Positions 50,901 through 60,873 of a DNA stretch of 64,000 nt are shown here, in pieces. The position numbers and the translations under genes are program-made. The number at the start of each line of letters is the position of its first letter. Positions within the stretch are counted from its first letter, which is position 1. Source of the stretch: Armatimonadota bacterium (GTDB taxonomy: Bacteria; Armatimonadota; DTGP01; DASXUI01); the NCBI GenBank assembly GCA_036504955.1, contig DASXUI010000320.1:3071-67070 (forward strand). The letters are read 5' to 3'. Under the pieces are notes generated by a model, which saw nothing but the letters and a program-made list of their open reading frames with translations, made no database searches and had not been told where the DNA came from.

Positions 50901-53316
50901 GGCGTCTGGGGAGGTTGTGTGTGGCAGATCGCCCTCGGCGCTTCCCGCGGCCACTGGCGGGTTCCCCATCACCATGTCTTTGAGCTGCTCTGCGCGGGGG
51001 GCAGCACTAGCCCCAACTCCCCCAGATAGCCCACCAGTACCGTGTTTCGAAGACCGCCTATCCGGGCCTCCCGTCGGACCTCACCAACACCGGTACGTTG
51101 AGCGTCCCCTACAGGCGTAGCGTTCCGCCCTTGGCCACCTCAGCTAGCATCAGTACGAGGATGGGCGCCATCTTGGCGATCGCACCTGTGGCATCCGTGG
51201 CCGCTGCGGCCTTCGCAGCATTCGTGGAAGTACAGAGATGACCCGGAAGCGTGGCAGAATCCATTCCTTGTCGTGTGTCATCTAGGCACTGACTGAAGGT
51301 GTCAACTGAACGGGCGATGACCTCTTGCCCTGGCGCTTGCCTCCTTGCCACGACGTGACCGCAGTAGCCCACCACACAGCCAGAAGGCAACGGAGGCTCG
51401 CTTGGGGAGCGCCAGTTCGAGGGGGGCGCAGGCGGCAACCATCTTCATGACTCCAAGCACCTTCCGCCAGAAGGTCATCAGGGGGGGGTGGGCAGGAGCG
51501 TCTACAGCTTCCTAGTTCCCTGTGTATGGCCAGCCAGAGGCTCAGAGGCTCCGGGGAATCACCTCCATGCTCTGGAGCCCGGGAGCCCCTCCGAACGGGT
51601 TGTGACGCCTAGCGCTGGCACAGTCTCAGGGAGCATTTTGCAGAATGTGACAGCGCGCTGCGAAGTCGCTCGGGTTCGGGTGTGAGCCTACGGGTGGAAG
51701 CTCGATGGCTATCGAGGGCTCGCCAAGCCTAGGCCGGTCAGGAAGAGCAGCCTCTGGCTGAGGCGGTCAGCGAGCGCAGCGCTCGCAGGTGACGGAAACG
51801 CACGAGGCAGCAGGCTGGGGTGGGAGTGACCGGTATGAGACTTGTTAGTGTCACCTGAGGTCCCCGCCATGGACGGCCAGTGTCTATCTGGGAGTCTCGA
51901 ATTGCCCTGACGCAGTTCGGTCATCGTCTGAAGCGCTGACCAGCTCCGCACTTCTTGCCCCCCAACTCGCCTGAATGCAGCCTAGCGGCTTTCCCTCGCA
52001 CGAAGGGAAGGTGTCCAGTGTTGGCCTCCACGCAACCTGTCGAATGCAAGTCTGGAGTGCAATGATATCGGCTCCGCACTAGGGGACTCCAGGTGTTTGG
52101 CCCCAGTGGTGGCCGGGGCGCCTGGGCCCACTTCACCTCAGGCACCACGGCTGTGCCGCATAGGGGACCGCTGGCGAGGTGCCGCAGGCTGATGGCGACT
52201 TCTGGCGCCCCCTGGACGGACCGCTGGCAGGAACGGTGTCACCGGGCCAGACACGAAGCGTGCCGACGGCTGGTGGTGGATTCGGCTCAGGAGCGGCTCT
52301 GTGGATGGCCTAGTCGGCACAGACAACGGGTCAGGGCGGATTGGTGGTGGTTGTGCCAAACGTCCTCTAGACCTGGGAAGCGGCATGATGTGGGAAGGCG
52401 TGTCAATGGCCGGAGGCAGCGCTCTGCTCCGGGAACGAGCTTACCTTAGCCTCGCCGAGTCTCCAGGAGGTAGGGTGCAACTGTGAGACGCGCATCATCA
52501 CCAGCATCTAGCTCTGCGGCGGCTGCAGGTACCAAGACGGTCGCGTCTCGCAGCGGCCCTGTTATGTGTTTGCACCTGTGGGATCTAGGGTGCCGCGGCA
52601 AGTGACGGTAGGTGGGAGGAAGCCTGAGCCATGGTCCGGGCCAAGCATTTCCGCGAAATAGCGACCACTAGCGGCTCGGCGGAGCAGGACTCCCCACCTT
52701 AGGGCTGGCCTTGCGGAGGCGGCCCCCCGGGGGTAGCTATGGAACGGATTGTAACCTCACTGCCGCCGACGTGGACCAGACTACGTGCCTCCGGCTGACA
52801 GGCTGTGCCGGTGATTGCAGCGCGGGCCTCCACGTAGCTGTCCCGTTGCCGCCCCCAAAGCGCAGGCGGACGTGCATCACGATGGCGGTGGGCTGGTTCC
52901 CGTCGTTTGGGGTAAGGGCCAATGGCCAAGATAGGGATATGTCACCTGTGGTGACGAGGTAAGCTTAGTGCCAGGACCGCCAGTGGACCACAGCGTGGCC
53001 GTCGCTCACTCCCCAGCTATATACCGACCAACTGATTGAAGGCCGGCATGTGCGCCTGCTTACTGCGAGGGGCCCGTAGCACCCTAACAACGCTAGTGTC
53101 TTGGGGACTGCGTGACGCTAACTGGCTGTGGGGGGGCAGGGTTCGTCGCCACCATGCCTACCCATCGTCGGAAGCGGGCAGCATGCTCAGTAGCGCTGCT
53201 CGATGGGCGAGATGGCCGCCTCGTGGAGGGGAAGGGGCGGCATCGAGCCGGCGGTTCACAAGGGCCTCCCCTGGGTCCAAAGGTAGCTGGCTGGGGAGGC
53301 CCTTGCCGTTCGTCCG

Positions 53317-54315
53317 TCAGGCATTAACTCCGAGCTGGCAGGACGGCATCTGCTGTCGTACTAGCGCCCAATCCTCGGGCGTTAGCCGGTCGCGTCCCCT
53401 AGCTATGAGGCGGGAGACGTAAGCCTCGCCCTCGACCAGAGCCACTAAGGCCAGGGGGCGAGCGTTCTTCTCAGTCCATGCCCTTGTCTTCATGTAGTCG
53501 CGTACTCGCGGGGCGGTGTCGAGCCTTGACTTGGCCACCCTACCAAGAAACACGTCCCAGTTCTCCCAGGTACGCCACCTAGACTTCTGCTTGTTCGCGC
53601 CAGGCTCCTTGAAGTCAATGTACGACTTCAGGACGCCTGCCATTCCAGCCATTCCCTCCTCACAGATTCGATTGGCAGCCAGTTGTGCTGCTCTGTGCTT
53701 CAGTTCGAACTCCACTCGAATCCATGGGCCAGGCGTGTCAGTCTGGACTGCCTTGTCATAGATACGTAGGTATCTCTGCCCCTTGCGGCTTCCAAAGGAC
53801 TCCCCGTAGCTCACCTGCTCCCCATCGGCTGTGTTGCAGCCATGTGGAAGGTACGAAAGACCATTCCTGGCCCGGCAGACGTAGTAGCCCTGGCGTATGC
53901 GGCGCTGGATGTCCTGCATACTGAGGATGCCACAGTGGTCATCGACAGCCACATCAATCCGCTTCATGGAGGCGTTACTAGCCAAGAGGAGGCCGAGGAA
54001 CTCGCGCCACGTGTGACCGGGGGCATCGTCGGTGCCTTCGTTCCTAATGACTCCGATGCGCTCCAACTCACGGCATCCGCGACCGCTTAGCAGTAAGTAC
54101 GGTTCGCATGACTTCCGCTTGGTAAACCTGAAGATAGTTCCTGGCCTAGAGGCTCCGTACTGATGGTATCTCAGGTTCCTGGTGCCTATGAGGCTAAGAA
54201 GCTCGGAATGGTCAGAACCTTCTGGAAACCCCACCTTTAGGTAGTCGATGCATATCTGCGATGCACTTTGCAATTGTGTATTACTAAGGGAGCATCCGTC
54301 CATATTACCGTTCAT
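53317..54315 (-). CDS. Rep_trans-family rolling-circle replication initiator
   Basis: GSRKGQRYLRIYDKAVQTD and WIRVEFELKHRAAQ match the Rep_trans YxRiYDK...RvElElr signature. 332 aa. Confidence 0.65.
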   Translation of the reverse strand: MNGNMDGCSLSNTQLQSASQICIDYLKVGFPEGSDHSELLSLIGTRNLRYHQYGASRPGTIFRFTKRKSCEPYLLLSGRGCRELERIGVIRNEGTDDAPGHTWREFLGLLLASNASMKRIDVAVDDHCGILSMQDIQRRIRQGYYVCRARNGLSYLPHGCNTADGEQVSYGESFGSRKGQRYLRIYDKAVQTDTPGPWIRVEFELKHRAAQLAANRICEEGMAGMAGVLKSYIDFKEPGANKQKSRWRTWENWDVFLGRVAKSRLDTAPRVRDYMKTRAWTEKNARPLALVALVEGEAYVSRLIARGRDRLTPEDWALVRQQMPSCQLGVNA

Positions 54316-54366
54316 AGTGTAGTGAACCTTCGTGACTTTCTACCTGCGTGAGCAGGCCCAAGCGCT

Positions 54367-54612
54367 CTAGATATCCCTTGCAGGCATGGCGTTGCTGCTG
54401 ATCCACTCCAAGAGCAGTGAACGGGGTATCCTCACAGCCCTGCCCAGTCGAAGGACAGGAATCTCACCTCTACTCGCCATCGTGTAGACTTTGGAGCGGC
54501 CCAGGCCCAGCATCTCGGCAGCCTCTCCAACTCGCAGTAGTGCTCGCTCCACCATCTGACTCCTTTCGTTGGTGGGAGTGGCCCCACAACGGAGCCACTG
54601 TTTCCCAAGCAT
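54367..54612 (-). CDS. xis: Excisionase/AlpA-family HTH DNA-binding protein (start possibly at the internal Met at 54555)
   Basis: LLRVGEAAEMLGLGRSKVYTMASRGEIPVLRLGRAVRIPRSLLLEWI is the typical Xis/AlpA MerR-like HTH. Confidence 0.7.
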   Translation of the reverse strand: MLGKQWLRCGATPTNERSQMVERALLRVGEAAEMLGLGRSKVYTMASRGEIPVLRLGRAVRIPRSLLLEWISSNAMPARDI

Positions 54613-54665
54613 CGCATAGAGTGGTAAGATGGGTCTAGTAGTTATACCCCCCGGTTTAATACCTA

Positions 54666-55940
54666 GTGAGGCGCAGTGTGAGTGCTAGAAGGAAGTGCAT
54701 AGGCGAAGGTGGGGCGCGGCTTGCCATTGATGGCTCGCGCTCCTGGATCGGCAGACGTGTTGGAAACGTATGGCTTGAAGGACAGACGGACGAAGCAACC
54801 CTAATCTTCGACCCCGAGCCCATTGCCGATGGCGAGTCCGCGGACCGGTGCCTTGAGGAGTTCAAAGCTATCGGGGCCTCGCGTTCGGCGGACCGAGCAC
54901 TTGCTTTCGCCAGGAGATGGGGTCGGTTAGGGCTCTGCACGTGCGGCCGGCCACTGAGCCATCAGCCCCTGGGACCGACCTTCGATCGGGGGAGTCCAGA
55001 TGCACCCCAAGATGCTGGCGATCGGAGGCAGTGTACCTTCGTATCCTCAGGAGACTACCCTTCAGAACAGGTGAGTGACTGGTTCTTGTATGCGGGGCAT
55101 GCTCGCAGCTTCCTAGATCTCTATGAGAAGCTGGCCAGCAACCGGATTCCCGAGGAGTCGGAGTGGAGGGCTCTTCCAACTGCCGTTGGGCACGACGGCA
55201 ACGAATCGGGGCGCGAGAGCGATTGGTTCTGGCAGAAGCTAATGTTGGCTAACCGGCCGCCCTTTAGGAGCATACACCTCCGGCTATCGGCAGCTAGCGA
55301 TCCGATGGCCGGTCTGGGGGTATGGTGGCTTGCGGGACTGGATGGTACCGATCTCTTCCGGTTTCCCCGAGCCACAACGGAGGACCGTGACACGATTAGG
55401 TGGTTCACGCAGTCAGGCTGTCAGCTAATCCCCCAGGAGGAGCTGGTGTGGTACCGCAGTCCTGAAGGGGCCAATCACCGGTCGACGATGGCCAACTACT
55501 GGTACTCGCTGGTCCTCAACGCACACCGTGTCAGGCTGGCTGAATGCCTGTCTGTCTGGCTCGGCCCAGCCTGGGTCAACTTGGCACCTCGCTTTGTCTG
55601 GGGCGACGATCTTCCAGTGGAGAACGACAAGACGCCTCATCTCGAGCTGATGGAGGCAGTTCCGGCGCCCATGTACAATAGGGCCAGTTTCACTCTTCTG
55701 TCGCTCCTCGCGGTTAAGTTGGTGGAGGCCCTGTCAAGTGGGGTCTACCGCTGCAGTGTCTGCCACGAGCCCTTCACGCTCCGTGTCAGTGATGACGGGC
55801 GCAAGGTGCGGCACGACCGACGATTGTACTGCTACCGGACCGAATGCCTCCTGGAGAGAGACAGAAGATCGAAGCGTGAGACCTACAGGAGGAAAAGGGA
55901 CCGGGCTGCGCAAGAGCGGCTAGGGGGCTCCACGACCTAG
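54666..55940 (+). CDS. Hypothetical 424-aa protein with a C-terminal Cys cluster and basic tail, located between xis and int
   Basis: Long single ORF. C-terminal CSVCHEP...CYRTEC followed by RDRRSKRETYRRKRDRAAQER. No recognisable catalytic motif. Confidence 0.5.
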   Translation: MRRSVSARRKCIGEGGARLAIDGSRSWIGRRVGNVWLEGQTDEATLIFDPEPIADGESADRCLEEFKAIGASRSADRALAFARRWGRLGLCTCGRPLSHQPLGPTFDRGSPDAPQDAGDRRQCTFVSSGDYPSEQVSDWFLYAGHARSFLDLYEKLASNRIPEESEWRALPTAVGHDGNESGRESDWFWQKLMLANRPPFRSIHLRLSAASDPMAGLGVWWLAGLDGTDLFRFPRATTEDRDTIRWFTQSGCQLIPQEELVWYRSPEGANHRSTMANYWYSLVLNAHRVRLAECLSVWLGPAWVNLAPRFVWGDDLPVENDKTPHLELMEAVPAPMYNRASFTLLSLLAVKLVEALSSGVYRCSVCHEPFTLRVSDDGRKVRHDRRLYCYRTECLLERDRRSKRETYRRKRDRAAQERLGGSTT

Positions 55941-56010
55941 TGCCGGTCAGGGAGGACCGTGTGGTGTGAGCACGGTGGCCATCGGGTAGCGCGGCCACCA
56001 GGGAGGGACG

Positions 56011-57156
56011 ATGGGTAGGAGACGGGGGCACAATGAGGGGTCAGTCCACTATCGCCATGACCGCGACCGCTGGGTTGCGGAGCTGACAGTGGAAGATGGG
56101 CGGCGCAGGCAGTTCTACTGCAAGACAGAGAAGGAAGCAAGAACCAAGCTCATCTCGGTGCTTGGCGATCTTCAAAGGGGGATGCTACCTTCAGGCCGCC
56201 AGCAGTCGGTGAAGGCCTTCCTTGAGCACTGGATCGAGAACGTTGCCAAACAGCAGGTTCGGCCCAAGACGTGGGACCGCTATAGCGGACAACTGAAGAA
56301 GCACATCGTTCCGGCTCTGGGCCGAAAGCAGCTAGGCAAGCTGTCCGCCCAGGACCTCCAAGTCTTCTATAATCGAAAGATATCTGAGGGCCTGGCGCCA
56401 CGCTCCGTTGTGCACATGCATCGTGTGCTCCACAAGGCTCTCGGAGAGGCTGTCAGGCTTGACCTCATCTCCCGAAACCCCTGTGCTCTCGTAAAGCCCC
56501 CGAAGGTATCTCAGTCACCGATCCGCTTCCTGACCGCAGAGGAGGCCAAAACACTCCTCGCGGCGGCCCAAGACGACCCTCTTGAGGCCCTCTATGTGCT
56601 GGCTCTGACCACCGGTATGCGCCAGGGAGAGCTGCTGGGGCTTAGGTGGGACTGTGTTGACCTGGATGGCCTGGCCGTCCATGTGCGCAGAACGGTCTAC
56701 TGGAGGCAGGGGCACGGCTTCGTCTGGTCCGAACCCAAGAGCAAGGCAAGCCAGCGTCGGGTTTCGCTTACAGAGGTGGCGGCGTCGACACTCCGACACC
56801 ACCGCGAACGGCAATCAACTTCCAGGCTGCTCGCTGGAGACGCCTGGTGTGAGCAAGGGCTCGTCTTCCCCAATAGCGTGGGGAACCCGATCAACGCCAA
56901 CAACCTACTGAATCGGTCTTTCAAGCCGCTGCTGGAGAGGGCGGGCCTCCCGAAGGTGCGTTTCCATGACCTCCGGCATTCGGCTGCGAGTCTGCTGCTG
57001 TCCCTAGGAACTCATCCGAAGATCGTGCAGGAGTTGCTTGGGCATAGCAGTATCAGTGTCACGCTTGATATCTACTCGCACGCGATCCCAACCCTCCAAG
57101 ACCAGGCTGTTAGCCAACTTGCAGACCTTCTGGGTCGGGGGCAAGGTTCAGCCTAG
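56011..57156 (+). CDS. int: Tyrosine integrase (phage integrase family)
   Basis: SAM-like core-binding region (VKAFLEHWIENVAKQQVRPKTWDRY). Catalytic motifs RFHDLRHSAAS, LLGHSSISVTLDIYSH (R..H..R..Y). Ends 98 bp from the tRNA 3' end. Confidence 0.9.
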   Translation: MGRRRGHNEGSVHYRHDRDRWVAELTVEDGRRRQFYCKTEKEARTKLISVLGDLQRGMLPSGRQQSVKAFLEHWIENVAKQQVRPKTWDRYSGQLKKHIVPALGRKQLGKLSAQDLQVFYNRKISEGLAPRSVVHMHRVLHKALGEAVRLDLISRNPCALVKPPKVSQSPIRFLTAEEAKTLLAAAQDDPLEALYVLALTTGMRQGELLGLRWDCVDLDGLAVHVRRTVYWRQGHGFVWSEPKSKASQRRVSLTEVAASTLRHHRERQSTSRLLAGDAWCEQGLVFPNSVGNPINANNLLNRSFKPLLERAGLPKVRFHDLRHSAASLLLSLGTHPKIVQELLGHSSISVTLDIYSHAIPTLQDQAVSQLADLLGRGQGSA

Positions 57157-57254
57157 GCTGTCTGCTGTCAGTTTTGCTGTCACCATCCAATTCAGGCAAG
57201 TAAAGCAAGAGGCCCAACCACCATATGTGGTGGCTGGGCCTTCTTGATTGCTCT

Positions 57255-57327
57255 ACATCTTGTAAGCCGACGTCCGGACTTGAACCGGAGACCTACGCAT
57301 TACGAGTGCGCCGCTCTACCAACTGAG
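57255..57327 (-). tRNA. tRNA-Thr (anticodon CGU)
   Basis: 73-nt cloverleaf folded by hand: acceptor gccgacg/cgtcggc, D-arm gctc-agttggta-gagc, anticodon stem gcgca/tgcgt with loop cuCGUaa, T-arm tccgg-ttcaagt-ccgga. CCA is not encoded. Confidence 0.85.
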
Positions 57328-58282
57328 CTACGTCGGCGTTTCTGATGGCGGCCTTCGCCGACTCGGCAGCGCCCAGGGGCGTGCCTCGCGGGGCCATCTT
57401 CACACTACCGGAATCGGTCGGTGGCTGTCAAGAATCCGAAGGCTCTCGCGCGCGATGGAGGGCATCACGGAGCGGCGTGAAGATGGTCGCTTGGCCCAGT
57501 CTGGGGGCGGCTCTGGAGGGCTTCCCGGCCACGGGTCTGCAGGGATTGAGCGCGCGGCTGCTGGGGGAGGGGGCTGGTGGTCAGGGGACGGGAGGGCTGT
57601 CGATCGGGGCGAGAGGTCTTGGGTGCTGGACCGGCCAGCCGTCTGGGCGTCAGCACCTCGAAGGTGCGGTGGCGCCGTGCAGGGGCGCACTAGCCCCGGA
57701 GGCGGAAGAGGCCGGACAGCCAGAGGGCGTACTTAAGCAGCACGTAGATACCGATGGCCGCCGCCACGCCCTGCCACGGGTTCACCCGCGCCCAGAGCCA
57801 GGCGTCCTTCAGGTAGGGGCTTATCTGGTCAACGGCGGTCATAGGGTCTCCTGGGTCGCCCGGCACGGCGGCGGATCGGCTAGGCTTGGGGGACATGCAG
57901 GTGTGCGCTTGAAGTATCGGCCTCAGAAGCGTGCGCCCGAGGGGCTCGGTCCGCCGTAGTCACAGCTTCCGGTTCACCCGCGCCGGGGTTGGGTCCACGG
58001 CTCCGGCGCCTCGGCCGCTCAGGTGATCTGTCGCGCGCAAGCGCACGGCTGGGGCGTCATCCATCAGCTCACTTCCATGGTCCAAGGAGGAGGTTGGCGC
58101 CGGTGGGCTGAGCACACTACCCGCGTTATCGACGCTTGCGGCGGAAACCTGTAGTGTCCTAGGAAGCGAGGTGATGCCGACAGTGGCGGCGGAAGAGGCG
58201 CGGGTGGCCGGGGCCGAAGCTAACGGTGGCGCGGGGCGGAGCAACCTGTGGCAGGGGGCGGGACGCCGGGAGAGGGATGGAG

Positions 58283-59113
58283 CTAGAGCGGCTGCTCGGT
58301 GGGAGTTCGAGCCAGGGGTGGCGCGGGCGCCTCCAGGATCCGGCGCTCGATCAGGCCGCTGTGGACCACCCACTCATCGGGCAGCTTCAGGTGCTGGTCC
58401 TCCGCGGCCTTCAGGGACCGGGTCAGCACCTCGCGAGCCTCCTCGAAGCCCACTTCCTTCAGCACTACCCCCAGGCGTTTGGATTCCCCGACCAGGCTCC
58501 GAGTGAGGTGCGCTTTGGTGCAGTTGGCGGTCAGGAACAGGCCCTTGGGAGCCCCCAGCATCTCGCAGTGATCGACCAGCACCACCAGCGCCTGCACCTG
58601 GCCGCGCTCCATCTCCCAGCAGAAGACCACCTGCTGCTGCTCCGGTATCTGTCCCAGGTCTGAGGCGTAGGCCCTGATGAAGCGGGGCTGAGACAGGGCG
58701 GCGACGGCGTGGGACTTGGGGAGCACGCCCAGCGCGCGCAGGCCCTCCAACCGGTCGATGGCTGCCTGGCGGACCTTCGGGCGGGAGGTGGTAAGGCTCA
58801 GGGCGCGCAGGAAGTCGGCCGAGGCCTGGTCTCCACGCTCACCGACGGCACGAACGATACGGAGGAGCGCCCTCTCACCCTCCGGCGACCCGAGGCGCAC
58901 CAACTCCAACTGTGCGAGGAGCTGCTGAACGTGGTCCGACCTTCTGGCCTGGTGGACCAAGCCGACGATCACCTCCAGAGCTTCGGAGCCCACGCCGGCG
59001 GAGCGCACGGGGCCGGCGATGGGCGGCTGCGGCTCGCGCCTGCGGTGGCCAGGAGGGGTGGGGGTTCTGCGCAGCCCGTCTCCCGCGGACTCTGGGAAGG
59101 GGAGGATGCTCAT
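58283..59113 (-). CDS. Hypothetical protein (start placed at MSILPFPE; helical repeat-like)
   Basis: ORF downstream of and on the same strand as the FAH-family gene, with a 4-nt intergenic gap. Confidence 0.45.
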   Translation of the reverse strand: MSILPFPESAGDGLRRTPTPPGHRRREPQPPIAGPVRSAGVGSEALEVIVGLVHQARRSDHVQQLLAQLELVRLGSPEGERALLRIVRAVGERGDQASADFLRALSLTTSRPKVRQAAIDRLEGLRALGVLPKSHAVAALSQPRFIRAYASDLGQIPEQQQVVFCWEMERGQVQALVVLVDHCEMLGAPKGLFLTANCTKAHLTRSLVGESKRLGVVLKEVGFEEAREVLTRSLKAAEDQHLKLPDEWVVHSGLIERRILEAPAPPLARTPTEQPL

Positions 59114-59117
59114 CGCG

Positions 59118-60011
59118 TCATGCCGCCACCACCGGGTTCGATAGGGTGCCCACCTGGCCAATGGAGATGCTCACGGTGTCGCCCTCCTTCAGGAACACAG
59201 GAGGATCGCGGAACACCCCCACGCCGCCGGGCGTGCCGGTGGAGATGAGGTCGCCAGGGCACAGGGTGCAGACCTGCGAGATGTACGACACCAGGTAGGG
59301 GACCGTGAAGATGAGGTTCCTAGTGTTGGAGTGCTGCATCCGCTCGCCGTTCAGGTAGGTTGCGATCTCCAGGCTCTGCGGGTCCTGGATCTCATCCCGC
59401 GTGACCAGGGCAGGTCCCAGGGGGGCGAAGGTATCGAAGCTCTTGGCGCGTACCCACTGCCCGTCCGCCTTCTGGATATCGCGCGCGCTGACGTCGTTGA
59501 GGCAGGTGTAGCCCGCGACGTAGTCGTAGGCCCTCTCCTCTGGAATGAACCGGCCCTGGCGGCCGATCACCACGCACAACTCGGCTTCGTAGTCTACCTT
59601 CCGGCTCAGCGGCGGCAGCAGGATCGGGGCGCCGGGGTCGCAGAGGGCAGTGGGGTACTTGGCAAACAGGATGGGCGAGGCGGGCAGCGGCTGGTTCTGC
59701 TCCTCGCAGTGGTCTCGGAAGTTCTGACCCACGCACACGATCTTCTGGGGGCGCCCCACGGGGGCTAGCAGGCGCACCTGGCGCAGGTCCGTGCCGTCGA
59801 CGCGCCCGGTACGAAGCTGCTCCTCAACCTCCAGCGCGGCGTCCAGTGCCGGCTCGCCCTGGTTCAGGAAGTCCGTGGTATCCTCCCAGGGCTCGGCGAA
59901 GGCCCCGGGGCCAGACAGGCGCCGGGCCGCAGCGAAGAGGTCGACCACGCGGCCGGCCACTTCCACTCCCACCACGGCCCTGCTGCCGCTCACGAATCTG
60001 ACCAACCGCAT
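59118..60011 (-). CDS. Fumarylacetoacetate hydrolase (FAH) family protein
   Basis: KIVCVGQNFRDH, YEAELCVVIG, GDLISTGTPGGVG are motifs of FAH-family hydratases/isomerases. Confidence 0.85.
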   Translation of the reverse strand: MRLVRFVSGSRAVVGVEVAGRVVDLFAAARRLSGPGAFAEPWEDTTDFLNQGEPALDAALEVEEQLRTGRVDGTDLRQVRLLAPVGRPQKIVCVGQNFRDHCEEQNQPLPASPILFAKYPTALCDPGAPILLPPLSRKVDYEAELCVVIGRQGRFIPEERAYDYVAGYTCLNDVSARDIQKADGQWVRAKSFDTFAPLGPALVTRDEIQDPQSLEIATYLNGERMQHSNTRNLIFTVPYLVSYISQVCTLCPGDLISTGTPGGVGVFRDPPVFLKEGDTVSISIGQVGTLSNPVVAA

Positions 60012-60230
60012 GTCAGGCCTCCCCGGCTCAGTCTAGCAGAGGGTTCAAAGGAGCGTCAAACCGAATTGCCTCGCAGAAATGCTTGGTAAGAGTCAAAGGA
60101 CGCTACCCGACCCCTGCAGAAGTCGTATCAGGATGCCACAATGAAGATGGGGACCGCTGGCCTGCTGCGCGTCGGACCCCAACAAGCGGCGGCGTCCCAC
60201 GGACCCCAGAGCACCCTCAGGAGAGGCTGA

Positions 60231-60494
60231 GTGAACCTTCTTAGGCGCGGAGCCAAACAGCATAGGCCGTCCGATACGGGACGGTCCCAGGCGGACCGCG
60301 CGTGCGTCGCCAAGGCTAACCAGGTCCGGCGATGGCTCTGGCTGGCCGCGGACAGCGGCGAGGTTCCTCGCTTAGTGGCCCTGGAGTACGACCGCCGGCT
60401 CCAGAGCGTCCACAGTGAAGAGGACTACCTCGCGCTGAGAGATGAGATCCAAGCCCTCTGGCAGGCCTCCCGACAGGGAGTCCGCGCCGCCTGA
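60231..60494 (+). CDS. Hypothetical small protein
   Basis: 87-aa ORF in an intergenic region. Weak support. Confidence 0.3.
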   Translation: MNLLRRGAKQHRPSDTGRSQADRACVAKANQVRRWLWLAADSGEVPRLVALEYDRRLQSVHSEEDYLALRDEIQALWQASRQGVRAA

Positions 60495-60873
60495 CCTACG
60501 CTCCACCCTTGGTCTGTCTCTGGCCTGCGCTGGCCATCACCCACCGGCGTCTCACTTGCTGTGTGGGTGAGGCTCCACCCGTCCCCCATCGCCCCCCGAC
60601 GATTCGGCCTTAACCGGCAAGCCCAGGGATCCCCTGCGCACATCTCCTCGGCATTCGTCCCTTGGGCAAGAGGAGAGGGAGCTCGGGTCACTGAACCTCA
60701 TCGTTGGACCCCTGCGTGCGGCCACGTCCATTGTACTCCATCCGCCACGACCAAGTGGTGGCTCGCTGGTATTCAGAGGCACGGCGCCTCCTGGGCCACG
60801 CGAGACAGCTCAGCGTTCCGGCCGTACGGTTACCCTAACGTGCGCTAGCGCACGACTGTGAGGAGCTCCGCTC

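Larger units (their letters stand above)
53317..57254. mobile_element. Remnant of a tRNA-Thr-integrated element (Rep_trans - Xis - orf424 - Int); its far (attR) end was not located
   Basis: Integrase adjacent to the 3' end of tRNA-Thr, together with an excisionase and a rolling-circle Rep, is the module seen in actinomycete integrative elements of the pSAM2 type. Confidence 0.55.

Noticed and set aside
47431-57254. Search for an attR copy of the tRNA-Thr 3' end (e.g. ccggacttgaaccgg) to delimit the integrated element
   Set aside because: No convincing match was found by eye anywhere in the window. The element boundary is therefore left open and not asserted.
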